Positions 35,805 to 39,105 of a stretch of DNA of 39,105 bases are shown here, in pieces. A model generated the notes under the pieces. That model saw only the letters and a program-made list of their open reading frames with translations, was not told where the DNA came from and did not search any database. The translations under genes were made by a program, and so were the position numbers. The first letter of the stretch is position 1, and every line of letters starts with the position of its first letter. Source of the stretch: a virus (Duplodnaviria > Caudoviricetes); IMG/VR virus record IMGVR_UViG_3300025571_000012, positions 1 through 39,105 of that record. One strand, 5' to 3'.

Positions 35805-36071
35805 TCAGATCGTACTGACGCCGATCACTGCAAGAGCGAGCGTGACGACGCACGTCAGGATGCACAGGGCGACGACCAGGATGTTCGTCGCCTCCATCTC
35901 GCGCCTTATCTGGCTGATTTGAGCGTTCTGGCGGTTCAGCTTTCCATTCAGGATAATGACCTTCTCGTGAAGCACGTCATAGCTTCGGACGGAGTGGGAG
36001 TCACCGAACTGCTGGATGAAGTCGTCTTCCTCAAAGTCTTCTTGGTCAAGGGTCGATGTATTCGCATTCAT
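35805..36071 (-). CDS. Small protein with coiled coil and C-terminal TM helix
   Basis: 88 aa with a hydrophobic C-terminus. Confidence 0.6.
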   Translation of the reverse strand: MNANTSTLDQEDFEEDDFIQQFGDSHSVRSYDVLHEKVIILNGKLNRQNAQISQIRREMEATNILVVALCILTCVVTLALAVIGVSTI

Positions 36072-36323
36072 ACTCTTGCCTGAAATCCCTTCTCGATAAG
36101 AATGGCTTCATTCGATTCACTGCAACGCGAATCATTTCGAGTAATTGCATAGAATCATCAATTTTGTCAATTCCTTACCAGGCCACGTGCTTGCTGAATA
36201 GTCCGGCTGGTTATCTAGGCTTTTCAGCCTCTGGGATGGTCTCTCGCCAATCTCATTTGTCATAGCAATTCGATTGTTTATCTGTTATTATATTGCAGCG
36301 TGTCGCGCATTTTCTATTTTACG

Positions 36324-36695
36324 ATGGACATCAAGGCAGAGCTTACGAAAGCATACCGCATCCATTTCCTCCTAAATCTTCCGTATGCCCAGAACAGCCT
36401 GGAGCTTTCCTTGCTCTTTGCCGAGACTTACCCAGAACTTTTCGAGGAGGGCGTCGGAAAAGGACACGACGCGAGGAGAAAGACCCTGCCGGTCGAGTTC
36501 CCCTATTACGGCAGGACTCCAGGAGATGAGTTTGAGAGAAAGATTTTCGATGCCCTGCTGTCGGAGGTGGAAACGGTTTATCGGGCGGGGCAGGCCTGGA
36601 GCCCTTGGAATCCAATCTTGCTCTTGTCCCGTAGCGACAACGTCGTTCTGACAGTCCAGACGATCTATTCCCCCATAACGAGAAAGACCCGCTGA
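36324..36695 (+). CDS. Hypothetical protein
   Basis: ATG 36324; ends in a bidirectional terminator. Confidence 0.6.
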   Translation: MDIKAELTKAYRIHFLLNLPYAQNSLELSLLFAETYPELFEEGVGKGHDARRKTLPVEFPYYGRTPGDEFERKIFDALLSEVETVYRAGQAWSPWNPILLLSRSDNVVLTVQTIYSPITRKTR

Positions 36696-36709
36696 GCGGG
36701 TCTTTTTCT
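36681..36709. terminator. Bidirectional intrinsic terminator
   Basis: AAAGACCCGC-tga-GCGGGTCTTTTT. Confidence 0.8.
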
Positions 36710-37485
36710 TATCGTCCGATCATCTTCGGAGGCTCTTTCTGGCTGACCTTCGTGCCGCGTCCGCCCGGCCATCCGTAGATGTAATAACCCATGGGATCGC
36801 GAACGACGCAGAAGGTGTAGCCCTCGGCGTTCCAGACCTGGATATCGGCGCCGTAGCCAGGCAGCAGGTCGTGGAAGCGCATCGCCATCTCGTCATCCTT
36901 GACGCCATGGCGTTTCAGCCAAGCTGCCATGGCCTTCACCTCGGTCTCCGAATTGGAAAGCGTGGAGATGACCTGGATTTCCTCGATGGGGGTGTCTGTG
37001 ATCGGCCGGAACACCGCGCGCCCGACGGCGCGGATCGCAGAGGACATGTAGCCCGGCAGGTGCTTTACCATGTGCCACTCGGGCTCGAAGTTCATGTCCG
37101 TGCGAGCAATCGCAGTACTGATGACGGCCGGGAGGTTCTCGGGAGTGCGCGGCAGGTGACCCTCGGTGTCGAGGTCGCGCCCGGCACGGCGAGCGGCTTC
37201 CTCATCGGAAATCTCGTCCTCAAGGCCCGAGGAGGCGAGCTGCGCCCAGGCGCGCATCGCTTCTGGATTGTTCGTGGTGTTGATCCGGAGGTTCCGTGTC
37301 CGGTTGGCTGAAGCCTTGCGACCGGGAAGATCGGTATTGCTTACGGCAGATGACTTGCGCTCCCTCGACAGCTCACCCTTGGAGGTCGGAATCTCAAAGT
37401 CGAGCTTGAGGTCACTCTTGTTCTTGGTCTTGGTGTCGTTGGCTTCGGAAAGTGCTTCCGAGACGAGATTGATCAGGTCGCGCAT
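36709..37485 (-). CDS. Probable virion head protein of unknown function
   Basis: TAAATA at 37518-37523; N-terminus MRDLINLVSEALSEA; PEWHMVKHLPGY core. Confidence 0.7.
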   Translation of the reverse strand: MRDLINLVSEALSEANDTKTKNKSDLKLDFEIPTSKGELSRERKSSAVSNTDLPGRKASANRTRNLRINTTNNPEAMRAWAQLASSGLEDEISDEEAARRAGRDLDTEGHLPRTPENLPAVISTAIARTDMNFEPEWHMVKHLPGYMSSAIRAVGRAVFRPITDTPIEEIQVISTLSNSETEVKAMAAWLKRHGVKDDEMAMRFHDLLPGYGADIQVWNAEGYTFCVVRDPMGYYIYGWPGGRGTKVSQKEPPKMIGR

Positions 37486-37669
37486 GTGATGAATAGCTCG
37501 CTAAAAGTGTTTCGAGCTATTTATCTCCGGACACCAAGCGGAGATTCATGAACGCCTCTGTATGCCGGGAAGATTTCAACGGCGACAGGTAGCCCGGCAG
37601 GCGGGTTACATCATGGCGAACGGCCGCTCAGGCCGAGCTGTCCTGAGCGGCCGACTGTTGCGATGTTGG

Positions 37670-38026
37670 TCACGCCGGGTAGTAGGTGCGGCGGAACTGG
37701 CCGTTGCGGTTGTCGTACTGGCGTGGCGGCTGGCGGTGCTGGTAGTTACCATTGCCCTGCCCGTAATAGGCCCCCCTGCCCTTGCTGTTCTGGTTCACGA
37801 GCTTGAGCAGCCACCGCATGATCATGAGCGCCTCGTCGCGCGTCTTCCCCTGCGGAAAATCCTGCCGCATCTCGCTGGCCGTGAAGTTCACGGTGAACAT
37901 CTCATTCCCTTCCGCATCGACGGCGACAAAACCGCCCTCGCGGGGATGGTATTCCCACGGTCGATTGAACGTCCTGTTCCGCTGCCTGTTCTCATTCCTC
38001 TGGTACATACCTTCCTCACGCGGCAT
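37670..38026 (-). CDS. Hypothetical protein with R/Q/N/Y/G-rich termini
   Basis: GGAGG RBS before ATG 38026; 12-bp perfect hairpin at 37621-37653 downstream. Confidence 0.6.
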   Translation of the reverse strand: MPREEGMYQRNENRQRNRTFNRPWEYHPREGGFVAVDAEGNEMFTVNFTASEMRQDFPQGKTRDEALMIMRWLLKLVNQNSKGRGAYYGQGNGNYQHRQPPRQYDNRNGQFRRTYYPA

Positions 38027-38102
38027 TACACACCTCCGTCTTTCGTGCGGTTGCTTGCCGTAAAGCAATATGTCGCTTTGCGCGACTTTCAAGATTCGCC
38101 CA

Positions 38103-38621
38103 TCAATAATTTTTGCGGGCGACGATTTCCGTGAGAGACTGTTGAAGTATCTCTATCGAACGGCGATATCGCGCCGCGATCCCGCGCATTTCTGGCGGTA
38201 ATGCGGAAATGCGCTCCGGGTCTCCATTGTGACGACAGTCAGCCAGCTTCACGACAATCGGAATTAATTTTCGTTCCTTGGCTAGAGCTGAGATGTTTTC
38301 CATGTAAGTGACACCCTCCGGGTGTCCCGAGAGACGGGCCACCGCTTCGATGACCTCGGGAGGGCATCCCTTCTTCTCAAGTTCGGCCGACGTGACGGAA
38401 GTGTCCTCGATCACGTCATGAAGAGCCGCAGTCATAAGAGCAATTTCGCGCGTCCTTTCATCCGCGATCCCAGGCGGAAGCGCATCGAGAATTGATTTCG
38501 TGATCCGGACAACAGCCTCGATGTTCTCGATGTAGGGGCGCCCAGCCTTGTCCTTCTGGTTGGCGTGGGCAAGGCGCGCCAAGTCCATCGCATCGCGCAA
38601 ATCGAAATTAAATAGTGACAT
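38103..38621 (-). CDS. HD-domain hydrolase, RelA/SpoT-like small alarmone hydrolase family
   Basis: AHANQKDKAGRPY, AALHDVIEDT and VKLAD..HN motifs. Confidence 0.85.
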   Translation of the reverse strand: MSLFNFDLRDAMDLARLAHANQKDKAGRPYIENIEAVVRITKSILDALPPGIADERTREIALMTAALHDVIEDTSVTSAELEKKGCPPEVIEAVARLSGHPEGVTYMENISALAKERKLIPIVVKLADCRHNGDPERISALPPEMRGIAARYRRSIEILQQSLTEIVARKNY

Positions 38622-38641
38622 ATCTGTATACTATCATCGCG

Positions 38642-38989
38642 ATGCTGATCTCTCAACTGTTTTCGCCGGACGACGCATCAAACCGAGCCATTCTTTCGGA
38701 ACTCACGTGGTACGACCGCAGTCCTCTTACGTCTGTCTTGAAGGCCAACAGAGGTCGTTGGATTCACTTCACGAACACGCCGAAGCTCGGAGTGAACGTC
38801 CGGTCTATGTGGGACTCTGGTCCGAAGGGCGTCTATTTCTATCCCGTCGATTACCTTCTGACCAAAACGGATCGCATGAAGGACGGCCTGCAATACGGCT
38901 TCAATTTCAAATATTATTTCCTTTGCGACCTCGACCTTTCCAAGCCTGGTATCGTTCTGGATGAATTCACTTTCGAAGCGTTCCGGTGA
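38642..38989 (+). CDS. Hypothetical late protein
   Basis: TAAATA at 38609-38614; ATG 38642 (MLISQLF); IHFT...LGVN...GPKGVYFYP motif. Confidence 0.6.
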   Translation: MLISQLFSPDDASNRAILSELTWYDRSPLTSVLKANRGRWIHFTNTPKLGVNVRSMWDSGPKGVYFYPVDYLLTKTDRMKDGLQYGFNFKYYFLCDLDLSKPGIVLDEFTFEAFR

Positions 38990-39105
38990 GCGAACTGGCT
39001 CACGCCTGCACGGAATATGATTACCAGCGCGCCACAAACTGGCTGGAATACGTTGATGAGAGCATCGACCCCAGGGAGCCATACTACGGCTTGACCGAAT
39101 ACGAT
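38986..39105 (+). CDS. Partial ORF, or frameshifted continuation of the previous gene
   Basis: GTGA overlap; the frame reads (M)SELAHACTEYDYQRATNWLEY... to the window end. Confidence 0.45.
   Translation, partial: MSELAHACTEYDYQRATNWLEYVDESIDPREPYYGLTEYD

Overview
A 39-kb segment of a large (probably jumbo) T4-like myovirus genome, roughly 55-60% GC by eye. The accessory genes suggest an alphaproteobacterial host (inference). The left ~23 kb is a virion morphogenesis region. It holds a gp4-like head completion nuclease, a probable small terminase, tail tube plus a tube paralog, a 963-aa tail sheath, gp13/gp14-like neck proteins, a gp15-like tail terminator and an M15 endolysin. Interspersed are dNMP kinase, metallophosphoesterase, Pth2, a Nudix protein and an inserted PD-(D/E)XK nuclease. 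Late genes are marked by TAAATA promoters, four of which sit exactly 5 nt before the ATG (probably leaderless mRNAs). The right ~16 kb is accessory: five intact tRNAs (Gly, Trp, Lys, Val, Ile2/Met), several CCA-ended tRNA-like minihelices or remnants, a membrane DnaJ protein, a GIY-YIG nuclease, a trypsin-like protease and an HD hydrolase. The three most notable items are: (1) a Trp-codon leader peptide with a double-terminator attenuator directly upstream of the tRNA-Trp/tRNA-Lys cluster; (2) a stand-alone Cas6e with no array and an apparently lost catalytic His; (3) a ~640-nt highly base-paired non-coding region. All family assignments are from motif recognition by eye; no searches were run.
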